The position numbers were made by a program, and so were the translations under genes. Below, in pieces: positions 12,347 through 24,244 of a DNA stretch of 64,000 nucleotides; the stretch's first letter is position 1; the number at the start of each line of letters is the position of its first letter. This DNA is from Octopus bimaculoides (Eukaryota), in the NCBI RefSeq assembly GCF_001194135.2, contig NC_069006.1, positions 25,449,844 through 25,513,843 of the forward strand, given 5' to 3'. The notes under the pieces were generated by a model. The model had not been told where the DNA came from. It searched no databases and saw only the letters and a list, made by a program, of their open reading frames with translations.

Positions 12347-13489
12347 TCAAAGATAATGATCACTTGTTAATGCAATCTATTTTGTGTTGGTTAGTCACAG
12401 GAGGTTTACATATGTGTATATATGTTGGTATATGCATTTGTATGTATGTATGCAGGTATATATATATCTGTATTTGTATATATATGTATGTATGCATACG
12501 CATTTGTATGCACGAATGTATATATATATGTAATATATGTATGTACGTGTTGTTATACATACATGCAAATATGTACGTGTGCATTTCAGAGTGCACGATC
12601 ATGCTTATCTATACACCTGTGTGTGTGTATATAATGTGCAATATGCATTTATAAAACAGCATTAATGTAAATCCAATAGAGCTTACGAGGTTGTTTACCC
12701 CCGCCCTTTTGTGCCAAACACTTTCTTTTCTTGTTTCTTTCGTTGAATTCCAACCGAAATTTTTTTTTTAAAAGCACAAAAACACAAAAAAAAAAATTCA
12801 AAAGAAATCCACAGAAATAAAACATAAAAAGAACTAAAAAACAACAGACAAAATAAATGCTAAATTTGTTGCTGATTTCGTTTCAATCTCCAGCTTAATC
12901 ACTTCATATATAAAGAAAAAAGAAAAAAAGAAACTTGACTGCTGCCGCCCTTTAAAATTATACATCGTTGTTGTCATTATATTCATAAATCTCACTCACG
13001 CGCTAACATAGGCTATTTTTGTTCTGCTGGTTGTTTTTCGCATGTTTTTCTTTTTTATTGGTTTTTCTTATTTAATGTTATTTTCCCCTTTCATTAATAC
13101 GGACGCGTTTCTGCTTACCTCCCCTTCCTTTTCTCCCCGTTATTTAACGTTGTTTATCCCATGTCACTTTTCCATTTTTTTAATTGTCTTATCTGCCTCG
13201 CTCTCTCTCTCTGTCTTTCACTCTCACTCTCTCTAACTGTTTATGCATCTGTCTATCTGTCTCTCTCCCCCTCTCTCTGTGTTTCTCCCTCTGTCTCTTT
13301 CTAATTGTGTCTGTCTGTCTTTCTCTCTCTCTCTGTCTCTGTCTGTCTGTCTGTCTATCTATCTCAGTCTTTCTCTCTGAGTCTCACTTTCTCTTTCTAC
13401 GTCCTTTTCTGCCTCTCTCTCTCTCTCTAATTGTGTCTGTCTATCTCGGTCTTTCTCTGAATCTCTCTTTTTCAAGAGAGAGAAATTAA

Positions 13490-13715
13490 TTTATCGACTC
13501 CGAAAGGTTGAAAGGCAACGTCAACCTCGACAGAATTTGAACTCGGAACGTAAAGACAAACAAAATACCGCTAACCATTTCACGCCTTACTAGTCATTTA
13601 TATCAACTCCAGAATGTAACTGGTATTTATTTCATTGACCCCCGAATGGATGAAAGGCAAAGTGAACCTCGGTGGAATTCGAACTCAGAACGTAAGAAGG
13701 AATGAAATGCTGCTA
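13490..13715 (-). mobile_element. Two adjacent SINE family B fragments
   Basis: gaaaggcaacgtcaacctcgacagaatttgaactcggaacgt and gaaaggcaaagtgaacctcggtggaattcgaactcagaacgt. Confidence 0.75.
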
Positions 13716-14456
13716 AACAACAATGACGAAAAGAATAAAACGACAGCAATTTGTAAACTCCTTAGAATATCAAAATATAAACCGTCAACAAAAGAAGGTA
13801 AAAATATCGAAAAGAAAAAGAAATAGAAAAAAAATAATACAAAAAGCAATCAAAAAAGTCTGTGAATGCTTTTCTTTCATTCCATAAAAGCGACCGTTTC
13901 GCAGAACTGCAATTCCAAACATTGTTTTACTGCAATGAAATCAGAATGTTATTTTACTGCATCTTACAATCTGGTGTTTTTATTTAATGGTTTTTGCTTT
14001 TGCTATTTTAAAAAATGTATTCTTCTATTTCTTAGTTTTTATTTTTATTTGTAATTTTTCTTTCAGTAAATTATTATTATTATTATTGTCTTCCAATTAC
14101 ATTTCATACCTGATTCTAATGAGTTGTTAATCACCTGACACCCGAAGGCTACAAAGAAACGGAGGAAGGGTGGAATTGTGGGTAATAATAATAATCAGAA
14201 TGATGATGATGATGATGAAAAAGTTAAGGGAGAGGGGTGTGTGAAGCAAAGAGAATAATAAAATAGATATCAGAAGAAACAAGAGAGAAACGAGGGGGTG
14301 GGTGAAGAAAACACACATATACACACACATACACAAACGTGGATCAACTTTGATATTCTTGTCGGAAGGAGCCTGAACACAAAGTGTTAAATTTGGGGCA
14401 CTTCCTATTATCATCATTGAAAACATTGAATTCACCACCACCACCACCATTATTAA

Positions 14457-14900
14457 GGCAGCAAGCTTGTAGAATCGTTAGCACATCGGGTGAAATGCTC
14501 AGTGACATTTTGTCTGACTTTATGTTCTGAGTTCAAATTCTGCTGAAGTCGACTTTGCCTTTCATCCTTTCGGGGTCGATAACTTAAGTACCAGTTGAGT
14601 ACTAGGGTCGATGCAGTTGACTAGCCCCTTCTCCCAAATTTCAGGCTATCTGCTTATAATAGAAAGGATTATTATTGTTAAAATTGATAAGGTGTTGAGC
14701 TGGCAAAATCGTTAGCACACCGGGCGAAATGCTTAACCGTATGTCGTCTGCTGCTACGTTCTGAGTTCAAATTTCGTTGAGGTCGACTTTGCCTTTCGGG
14801 GGTCAATTAAATAAATACCAGTTACGCATTAGGGTCGGTGTAAGCGATTTAATCCCATCCCCCAAATTTGAGGACTTGTGCTTCCAGTAGAGAGAATTAT
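14457..14900 (+). mobile_element. Tandem pair of full-length SINE family B copies (14457-14672, 14691-14900)
   Basis: Both read gaatcgttagcac..gggcgaaatgct...ttctgagttcaaatt...gaggtcgactttgcctttc...cccaaattt...agtaga(a/g)ag. Confidence 0.85.
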
Positions 14901-15109
14901 TATTGTTGATGTTGTCACTAAATGCTTGGTAAATCTATTGACTGATGTTCTTTTACTGAATTTCTTGTTATATCAGATCGCCCACCTCCACCCCGCCGCA
15001 GAGAGTGAATTAAAACGGCAGAAAATTTTGGAGGAAAACAAGTAAATGTGTTAGGTTGCATCTCCTGCCATCCCTGCTGATTAATTTTAGTAGCTGTTGG
15101 GGGCCTGGC

Positions 15110-15270
15110 GGTGGTGGTGTCACATTCTGTGTCACGCTGAATCTCCCTGAGAACTACATAAAGAGTATGCATGTCTGTGGAGTACTCAGCCACTTGCACC
15201 ATTAATTTCATGCGCAGGCTGTTCTGTTGAATGGATCAACTGGAACCTGGGTCGTCGTAACCGACTGAAG
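15110..15270 (+). mobile_element. SINE family C, 3' half
   Basis: gcatgtctgtggagtactcagccacttgcac...ggatcaactggaacc...gtcgtcgtaaccgac; matches 59960-60070 and the reverse complement at 50065-50170. Confidence 0.75.
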
Positions 15271-16110
15271 GCTACTTTCACATCTATGTATGTGTAATAT
15301 GATTAAACTTTTCCTGTTTTTTTTTTAGCATCAATCTCTAATCAAAACTAAATTAGCCTTAAATAAGCTGCAAACGAGAAACAGATATTTTTCTTTCCGC
15401 TTGCCTCTTTACAATTTATTCGTCAAAGAGAAAACGGTGGAGATGCAGAGCTGAAACAGTTCGTTTACGTTAACATATCTCGTTACACAAAACAACAGCC
15501 AGTAATTTAAAACAAAAAGTGTTTCTCTTACAATGTCTATATTTTATTACTACAACAAAACTCGAAGTCTCAGGGGTCTTTCACCAGGAAAGAATACGCC
15601 ATCTTTATTTCGACTTCCTTTTGATGGTGGTGACGACGAGGGCGGACTTGCTTTATTTGTATATTTAAATACAATCTGTTTAGCTTAGCAAGATCAACAG
15701 TGACGATGAACACAATATATAAACATTATATTGATTGCTATTTGAAGTGTAACACCCTGTCATTGCTTCTAGTTTACCGTCGCCGCCATTACGACGCTGT
15801 TCCTCTGATATTTGTATCACCATTCTACATAAACATCGCATGCTGCTCTCAGTGTGTGTCGGTGTTGTTAGTTGATACAGGGGGATTTTAGTTAGATTCT
15901 TTCTTTACTTCTCTTATTATTTCACTTTATTTTATGGTATTTTTCTGCTTTTTTTTTCTGTAGTCGGAATCAAAAGAAACTTTTATCTTCTGCCCCTCTT
16001 TTACTCGAACAAACCTTTTTTCTTCCTCTCTCGACAAAAGAAGGAAAAGAATAACATGGTTTCACTTTCTAGATCAGTTCCTTTCTATAAATATTCTCCT
16101 TAATCCCCCT

Positions 16111-16173
<63 letters not shown>

Positions 16174-17039
16174 ATATAAATATTTTTATATACACACGCA
16201 CATTTAAATGTACATACAAGCATACACACACACGTTTTACATGTATAAATAAATAAGTATATAATATATATATTGCGTGTGCAAATATCCTTAGTTGGTG
16301 TACTTTGCAAGGAAACCAAAAGGTCAGCACTCAAGCCCCTTGAGATATTTGTTCCCAAGCAAGTTATAAACACTCCTTTGTCCGTCCTTGTTACCAGTGT
16401 TACAAGCCTGTAACCCATAGCAACATGTAACCGATTGCAACATGAAAATATATAAATTACATAAAATAAAACAAGCAAAGAATCTAATATCTGGTAGAAA
16501 GACATAAGTTTATCCCCTTCCCTTCGCCGCCCCCTTGTGGAATAACGAAGTCGTGTCAATTAAAAGAACCATCTTTTAACAATTAATATATCTTTATCGT
16601 CCATGTTTCTATCGACATAATTTACGGTCGACATAAACGTTTGTTCGTTTATTTTTCGTGTTTGAACTTTTAAAAATCTTCGCAATCGTTATCTTGTTGC
16701 AACAAAACCATTTAACGTTATCGTCTACATCAGATACCAGCACACAAACACCTGATGGCTAAGTCTATCTTGTCAACAAGCAGTTTTCTCCATCGACTGG
16801 CGCCTGCTTCTCTGCTGTTTCCAAAACACGACTTGCTTTAAATTGCTTGATTTCGTTACAGACGTTTGTTACTCTTTTGATTTTTTTTTTTTTTTTTTAA
16901 ATATCTTTCATTTGAAGAGAAGGTTGACATGATAGTCTTTGATCAATATTAAAGCCTGGTTCTATCATGATAAAGAAGGTTAATTGATTGGTCACCAGAC
17001 TATGGCCGGCTTACTTCAGTAACAACACAAATCAACTTG

Positions 17040-17314
17040 TGCAATCATCATCATCATTGTCGTCATCATTATTTTAACGTTCACTTTTCCATGCTTGTAT
17101 GCGTCGGAAAGAATTCGCTGAGAGAAATTTTTCTGTGGCCGGACGCCCTTCCTGTCACCAACCCTCACCTGTTTCCCCCATGCTAAGGCACCAACCAAGC
17201 TGGCAGAATCTTTCCCACGTTGGGAAAAATGCTTAGCAGCATTTCGTCCGTCTTCACGATCTGAGTTCAAGATAAAATAAGTACCAGTTGAATACTGGGG
17301 ATCGATGTAATCGA

Positions 17315-17320
<6 letters not shown>
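17040..17320. mobile_element. Family D element (minus, about 17040-17180) followed by SINE family B (plus, about 17195-17320)
   Basis: tcatcatc...aacgttcacttttccatgct...cgcccttcctgtcacc, then gctggcagaatc...gatctgagttcaa...agtaccagttgaatactgggg. Confidence 0.7.
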
Positions 17321-17347
<27 letters not shown>

Positions 17348-19163
17348 TCATCATCATCATCATCGTTCAACATATATACATACATGCACCCCCCCCCCCA
17401 TATTAATGTATAAAATATTATATATTCATTGCGGCTAATCTCACCAATTGGTTTCACACTAGGGGTTCAACAGAATGTAAAGTAACAGTCCGATTATGTA
17501 ACCCTGCACTCATCAGGGGTAGCAAAAGGTGAGAGCTGGAGATGCTCAATGTAGAAAATACATAGTGGTGTTCAAATGATTTGAACTTAAACTGCCACTT
17601 CTTTATTGAGGACTTGGTCCACGAGGCAAGAGTGACTATAAAGAGAAATCCAGAGGAGTTGAAATGAAGATAATGATGTGGATAAACAGGATTAAATATA
17701 GATGAAGCTTAGTCATGTTTATCTGCATCACTATCTCTATATACACATGCATGCACACACACATTGATATATATATATATATATAGATAGATAGATAGAT
17801 AGATAGATATATGCGCATATACATACACACATCAGCACACGAGTGTGTATGTGTGTGTTTGTACGTGTTCCTTGTAAATATAACATTGACGATGAAGCCA
17901 TAAATGGTACGATATAGCCATGTTAATAACCGATAACGAGAAAAACTCACAGAAGCAAATTAGTATCTAAATACAGGGGGTGGGGGTGGGGTAGCGGGTG
18001 ATGGTGGTGGTGTGTGGAGGGAACAACAGGTTTGAACGAACGGCCAAAATTAATTCTATTTCAACAATCAAATGTTTAGCCGGCACCTTATCACCCCCAC
18101 TATTCCGCCCCCATCACTCTCCCCCTCCCCCATCAACCTCCTCGACACAGAGAGATCAAATCTCAACATTTTTCTCGACATAAACTATTGAATCAAAGAG
18201 ACCTGATCAAAGAATTCGGTTCAAGTTGATTGAAAGGCCATTAGTCAATGGTAAGTAACAGTTGATTTTTTTTCTTTTCTTTTTTTTTTTCCCCTGGAAT
18301 AGGAAAAACCTGAATGAAAAGAAAAAAAAATCAACCAAATTTTGGTCAGCGCCGCCACCATTGCTGCCTCTGTTGTGGTTGTTGTTGTTTAATGAAATAA
18401 AAATACAAGACTTTATATTCAGATTAGTGCTTAATGGTAATTTGGAATTGGAGGTTCTTGTTTTTACATAAACGATATTTCTTTAAATTACCATTGACGT
18501 CATCATCACCATAACCATCACCATCATCGTAATCATCACCATATATACAAATTATATATATACAAATTATAAAAAAAAAGCATATGCAATACCATACTTT
18601 GTCCGCTNNNNNNNNNNGGGGGGGGGGGATGTAACACTCGTGATCGTTGAGAGATTACACATACACACATATTTATGCATGTATGTGTATAGAATAATGG
18701 CAAAACCAAGTGTTATTTTGAATGCATTTAATTCACGTTTTTCAAGTAATTACAAAGAAGTTTTCAGTGAGGAAAGTATAATGTACAAAATTTCTTACAT
18801 AACTACTCAAAATGTGTGTACAAAACGCATTCAGAATATCAATATTTGGTTTTGCTTTGTTACATATTATAATAAAGCCATGCCATTACAATCTAGCCTA
18901 GCCTTGTTTTATTTGCATGGTTAATGTAATTTCAAAGTAGAATCACAGAATTACCAATATCATTAAAGAGAATTTCCATCCTGAAGGAATCTATGAACAT
19001 CCGTAACAGATCAATCAATCAATCAATATAGAACTATAATTGCCTGTTTCTTAACAATCATCATTAAATGAATTCTTAATAACCATTCTTAGCCAATTAT
19101 TAGTGAATTCTTTGAGAATTCTGCTATAAATTCTCCAGGAATGTGATTCTTGTGGTAATTAGA

Positions 19164-19370
19164 TTAAATATTATTAAAGCAGGATCCCATCGTTAACATA
19201 TGTATTTGTTTATCTGTCATAAAATAATGTAACGTGGATTTGAACTTGCATTGCCACATTATCAATTTTAAATTACGACTTAACTCCGGCTTAATCCTAT
19301 GTATGGTTGAGTTACTGTCCAGTTGGCAGCTGGTGTTCACATTGTCGTTTCTCACTTCTTCAAGAAGCCT
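19164..19370 (-). CDS. Candidate terminal coding exon, in frame with the 21749-21451 exon (RLLEEVRNDNVNTSCQLDSNSTIHRIKPELS...CFNNI*)
   Basis: The frame opens exactly at an acceptor (tatatttgtag|AGG, AG at 19372-19371), is phase 0 and stays open to the stop at 19166-19164. Possible AATAAA at 18913-18908. A competing AG lies 13 nt upstream. Confidence 0.3.
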   Translation of the reverse strand, partial: RLLEEVRNDNVNTSCQLDSNSTIHRIKPELSRNLKLIMWQCKFKSTLHYFMTDKQIHMLTMGSCFNNI

Positions 19371-19531
19371 CTACAAATATAGCCTATAAACAGAGTCCTT
19401 TTGGTGCCAATCTTAGTGTGCCTCTGGAATTGGTACCAAATACAAACCCTGCTTTAGTCATTCTAATGACTACATACTTAACCGAAATGCAATGGTAGTA
19501 GAAGACAATCAAATGGTAATATATAGAAGAT

Positions 19532-19758
19532 GGCGAGCTGGCAGAAAACGTTAGCACGCAACCGGGCGAAATGCTTAGCGATATTTCGTCTGCCTTTAAG
19601 TTCTGAGTTCAAATTCTGCTGAGGTCGACTTTGCCTTTCATTCTTCTGGGGTCGAAAAATTAAGTACCAGTTGCGTACTAGGGTTGATCTAATTGACTGC
19701 CCCCCCCCCCACAAAAAAAAAACAATTTTGGGCATTGTGCCTAGAGTAGAAAAGAATA
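19532..19758 (+). mobile_element. SINE family B, full length
   Basis: ggcgagctggcagaaaacgttagcacgc...gttctgagttcaaattctgctgaggtcgac...gtgcctagagtagaaaagaat. Confidence 0.85.
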
Positions 19759-19801
19759 TATACAAGGGAGTAAGGGAGTGCTGAAAAGTGTGCGTGTGTG
19801 T

Positions 19802-20225
19802 GAAAGCACCTTCTTGGAGTGGTTGATGTTAGGAAGGGTATCCAGCTGTAGAAACCATGCCACAACAGACTGGGGTCTGGGGCAGCCTCCCCCAACCCAG
19901 CTTGCCAGCTGTGGTCAAACCATCTGACCCCTGCAAGCGTGGACAACGGACGTTAAATGATGATGATGATGATGATGGTGTGTGCGCGTATGTATGTATG
20001 TGTTTATGCCTGTGTTTTGTACCTCGCCACCCGCTTGACAACCAGTGTTGGTGTGTTTATGTACACATAACTTAGCAGTTTAGCAGGAAGGAACTGATAG
20101 AATAAGTATGAGGCCTAAAAACAAAAAAAATGAAAATCAAATAAGTACCCAGGCCAATTCTTCAAGGCGGTGTGGTGCTCCAGCATGGCCACGATCTAAT
20201 GCCTGAAACAAGTAACAGATAAAAC
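19802..20225 (+). mobile_element. Family D retroposon tail ending in (GAT)n (about 19802-19978) followed by SINE family A 3' half
   Basis: gttaggaagggtatccagctgtagaaaccatgcc...ggacgttaaatgatgatgat; then cttgacaaccagtgttggtgtg...gctccagcatggcc...gaaacaagt. Confidence 0.75.
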
Positions 20226-21217
20226 ATAGAAAGATATATACACTAACATGCACACATACGTGCTTGCATACGTACATACATAAGTATATATATATATTTA
20301 TATACATACTTATACACATATATATTTATATATATATATGTTTATACATACATACATATATATACATATACATATACATACATACAAAAGTGTATNNNNN
20401 NNNNNNNNNNNNNNNNNNNNNNNNNNNNNNNNNNNNNNNNNNNNNNNNNNNNNNNNNNNNNNNNNNNNNNNNNNNNNNNNNNNNNNNNNNNNNNNNNNNN
20501 NNNNNNNNNNNNNNNNNNNNNNNNNNNNNNNNNNNNNNNNNNNNNNNNNNNNNNNNNNNNNNNNNNNNNNNNNNNNNNNNNNNNNNNNNNNNNNNNNNNN
20601 NNNNNNNNNNNNNNNNNNNNNNNNNNNNNNNNNNNNNNNNNNNNNNNNNNNNNNNNNNNNNNNNNNNNNNNNNNNNNNNNNNNNNNNNNNNNNNNNNNNN
20701 NNNNNNNNNNNNNNNNNNNNNNNNNNNNNNNNNNNNNNNNNNNNNNNNNNNNNNNNNNNNNNNNNNNNNNNNNNNNNNNNNNNNNNNNNNNNNNNNNNNN
20801 NNNNNNNNNNNNNNNNNNNNNNNNNNNNNNNNNNNNNNNNNNNNNNNNNNNNNNNNNNNNNNNNNNNNNNNNNNNNNNNNNNNNNNNNNNNNNNNNNNNN
20901 NNNNNNNNNNNNNNNNNNNNNNNNNNNNNNNNNNNNNNNNNNNNNNNNNNNNNNNNNNNNNNNNNNNNNNNNNNNNNNNNNNNNNNNNNNNNNNNNNNNN
21001 NNNNNNNNNNNNNNNNNNNNNNNNNNNNNNNNNNNNNNNNNNNNNNNNNNNNNNNNNNNNNNNNNNNNNNNNNNNNNNNNNNNNNNNNNNNNNNNNNNNN
21101 NNNNNNNNNNNNNNNNNNNNNNNNNNNNNNNNNNNNNNNNNNNNNNNNNNNNNNNNNNNNNNNNNNNNNNNNNNNNNNNNNNNNNNNNNNNNNNNNNNNN
21201 NNNNNNNNNNNNNNNNN

Positions 21218-21324
21218 GTCTTCCTGGGCCTACCTCTTCCACAGGTTCCCTCAACTGTTAGGGTGTGGCACTTTTTCACGCAGCTATCCTCATCCATTCT
21301 CACCACATGTCCATACCAGCGCAA
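21218..21324 (-). mobile_element. RTE-type LINE ORF C-terminal fragment
   Basis: Translates RWYGHVVRMDEDSCVKKCHTLTVEGTCGRGRPRK, the RTE-type W.GHV.RM...G.R.RGRP motif; truncated by the gap. Confidence 0.85.
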
Positions 21325-21450
21325 TCACATGATCATTCATGACCAAAGGGGGTCCTTACCCTTTACCCTTTTTGTATCATGGAACCAGGGGTGGTTCAAG
21401 GATGAGAGGAGGAGAGGAAGAATGGAAAATTAAAAATTAAAAACACTGAC

Positions 21451-21749
21451 CTCATTTCTCAGTTCTTCCTCGAGACCCAGTTCAAAACCGATATCACTGT
21501 CCTCAACTTGACTCTCTGACAGCTCTGATTGTGAAACCGTCACTTGTTCCTGTTGGATGACATCTGATAATATGTCGTTCATGTCGTTCACCATCATGGT
21601 CACCATGTCCAGCATCGAAGACAAGACGCCGACACTGCTGTAGTTGTTGCGGCAGTCTTCCTCCAGTTCATGTTCATTAAGTCTTTGGAGTTGACTTACA
21701 AAGTTTCCCACCAGGTCTTGCAGATGGCACGATCTTTCATGCACCGAGC
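21451..21749 (-). CDS. Internal coding exon of an unidentified acidic, probably helical protein (SVHERSCHLQDLVGNF...GFELGLEEELRNE)
   Basis: 299-nt non-repetitive open frame (2 nt plus 99 codons) bounded by acceptor atgttttcag|GC (AG 21751-21750) and donor GAG|gtcagt (GT 21450-21449). More GC-rich than the flanks and not TE-like. Confidence 0.65.
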
Positions 21750-22299
21750 CTGAAAACATGGTTCGTTGCTGATCATCTGTGGACGTTATTGGGTAGGGAT
21801 GAAGTTATGCCTGATATTAAAAGACAAAATAGAATAATAATAATAATATGTTTAAGCCTCATACTTACTCTGTGTTTAAAAAGCCGAAAGAGCTATGTTA
21901 CTAAGACATAAACAAATCAACAACGGATGTCAAGCAGTTGAGGACAAATACACGTGTGGGGGATATCTAGATATCCCACACACACGTTGGGCTTCTTTCA
22001 GTTCCCGTCAGTCGAATAGATTCCCAATGCATTCGTTGGCCCGAGTCTATAGAGGAAGACACCCGAAACCATGTGGTTGGGTAGCAAGCTACTTTATTTC
22101 ATAAATATTTGCCATAAAGGCATTACAAATTACAAAGAGGGGACGAACAAGGACAGACAAACATAAAAGAGGTGAAGTAGCTGTATCGATTAAATATTTA
22201 CAATTTTTAATACACAATAAAAATTGGATTATATAGCAAGCTTCTTATCACACAGCCAAGCTTGCCCCTGTATACTTTAGAACAACATTACAAACCCTG

Positions 22300-23099
22300 T
22301 CTTTCCTTTCAGATACCCGAGGGAGATTTCACTGCTATTTCTCTTATTTTGTAAGAGTTTCGTATCACTCTTCCGCCTCCCGAATTTGTTTCCTCATAAT
22401 TGTTTAAAATGCTTGCTTTTAAATGACATTTGGCAGTAATACGTTTTCGAGAGTGTAGATTACGTAATGTTCATGTTGCGAACATTAAGCGTTTGGAAAA
22501 AATATGAAAAATGTTGAAATTAGAAATGACGACATCGGTGAAAACGTTCCGGAAATACTGAAAAAAACGTTTTTCTATATAAAATTTATCGACATAATCA
22601 TAATGTACACCCTTGATAATCCACCTCTGCTAGGATTTATTTTAAAATATGTAATTTTCAGGATGTTATGATGAAAAAGATCGATGGGGCGCTAAACTGT
22701 AGTTATGCCTACAATAGTAGTAACTATGTCTATGTTTACAAACATAACATGGTCAGTATAAAAAGGACATTATAATATTATAATAATGACTATCTCGACA
22801 GTAATGACGATAACAATAAATGAATTAAAATATAAATTACGTGAAGATGAAGGAAATATGACAAAAATTGCAAAAAGACATACGCAAGAATTATAAGACA
22901 GGAATTGCGGGAGAGATCTTCAAAGGTAGAATAGAAACAACACAACAAACGGAAACTGTCAAAATACAACATGCGGGGAAAAAGGATGATAGCACGACAA
23001 AGGCAAACAGGATGTGCATGTATTTAAATGTATATCATATATAGGTACTACTAAAGCAGCACGGCCCCGAACGCGCAGTCGCGCGTCCGGGCTAGCTAG
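22300..23099 (+). mobile_element. Putative Helitron 3' portion; 5' boundary unresolved
   Basis: GC hairpin cccgaacgcgc-agtc-gcgcgtccggg (23066-23076 / 23081-23091, 10 of 11 pairs) followed by CTAG|T at 23096-23100; the body is CpG-rich. Confidence 0.5.
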
Positions 23100-23111
23100 T
23101 CGTGAGTGGTC

Positions 23112-23188
23112 GATCCTAACCCTAACTCTAAACACGTATTCATTTGCACACGCGGGTTAGGGATAGGGTTAGGGTTAGGGTTAGGATC
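23112..23188. repeat. Inverted (CCCTAA)/(TTAGGG) telomeric-type repeat hairpin
   Basis: gatcctaaccctaactctaa (23112-23131) versus ttagggttagggttaggatc (23169-23188), 19/20 complementary; abuts an N-gap. Confidence 0.75.
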
Positions 23189-23829
23189 NNNNNNNNNNNN
23201 NNNNNNNNNNNNNNNNNNNNNNNNNNNNNNNNNNNNNNNNNNNNNNNNNNNNNNNNNNNNNNNNNNNNNNNNNNNNNNNNNNNNNNNNNNNNNNNNNNNN
23301 NNNNNNNNNNNNNNNNNNNNNNNNNNNNNNNNNNNNNNNNNNNNNNNNNNNNNNNNNNNNNNNNNNNNNNNNNNNNNNNNNNNNNNNNNNNNNNNNNNNN
23401 NNNNNNNNNNNNNNNNNNNNNNNNNNNNNNNNNNNNNNNNNNNNNNNNNNNNNNNNNNNNNNNNNNNNNNNNNNNNNNNNNNNNNNNNNNNNNNNNNNNN
23501 NNNNNNNNNNNNNNNNNNNNNNNNNNNNNNNNNNNNNNNNNNNNNNNNNNNNNNNNNNNNNNNNNNNNNNNNNNNNNNNNNNNNNNNNNNNNNNNNNNNN
23601 NNNNNNNNNNNNNNNNNNNAAAAACCTAAGAGGACGAGTGCCTCGTATTGTGTAATGAAAAATCGTAAGAGGCAAATGCCTTAATTTATGACTTTTTATG
23701 TACGAGGTTCATAGCCTCAATGTGAAAATTTAATTTTATAAAGAACAGTGTAATAGAGAAGCAAAGTTCGGCGGGCGGCTTTTGCCTCCTCTCATTATAC
23801 CATCATATTTATCATCCATTTCATCTCAT

Positions 23830-24150
23830 TAATGTTTTTGTCCAGCTACTCTCTGTGTACTGCCTTTATGGCAAATTGAAATGAAATAAAGTAGCTTGCT
23901 TATCAACCACGTGGTTCCGGGTTCACTCTCACTGCGTAGCACTCTGGGCAAGTGTCTTCTAAGCTTTGGGCCAACCAAAGCCTTGTGAGTGGATTTGCTA
24001 AACGGAAACTGAAAGAAGCCCATCCTATATGTATGTATGCATGCATGCATGTATGTGTGCATATATGTTTGTGTGTCTGTGTTTGGCTAAAATTTCTTCA
24101 AGGTGATGCCCCTGCATGGCCACAGACAAATGACAGAAATGTGTAAAGGA
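23830..24150 (+). mobile_element. SINE family A (internally deleted)
   Basis: aaccacgtggttccgggttcac...ctgggcaagtgtcttc...ccaaagccttgtgagtggatttg...ttcttcaaggtgatgcccctgcatggcc. Confidence 0.75.
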
Positions 24151-24188
24151 GCAAAATAGTATACACACATACATACATATATACAATG

Positions 24189-24244
<56 letters not shown>

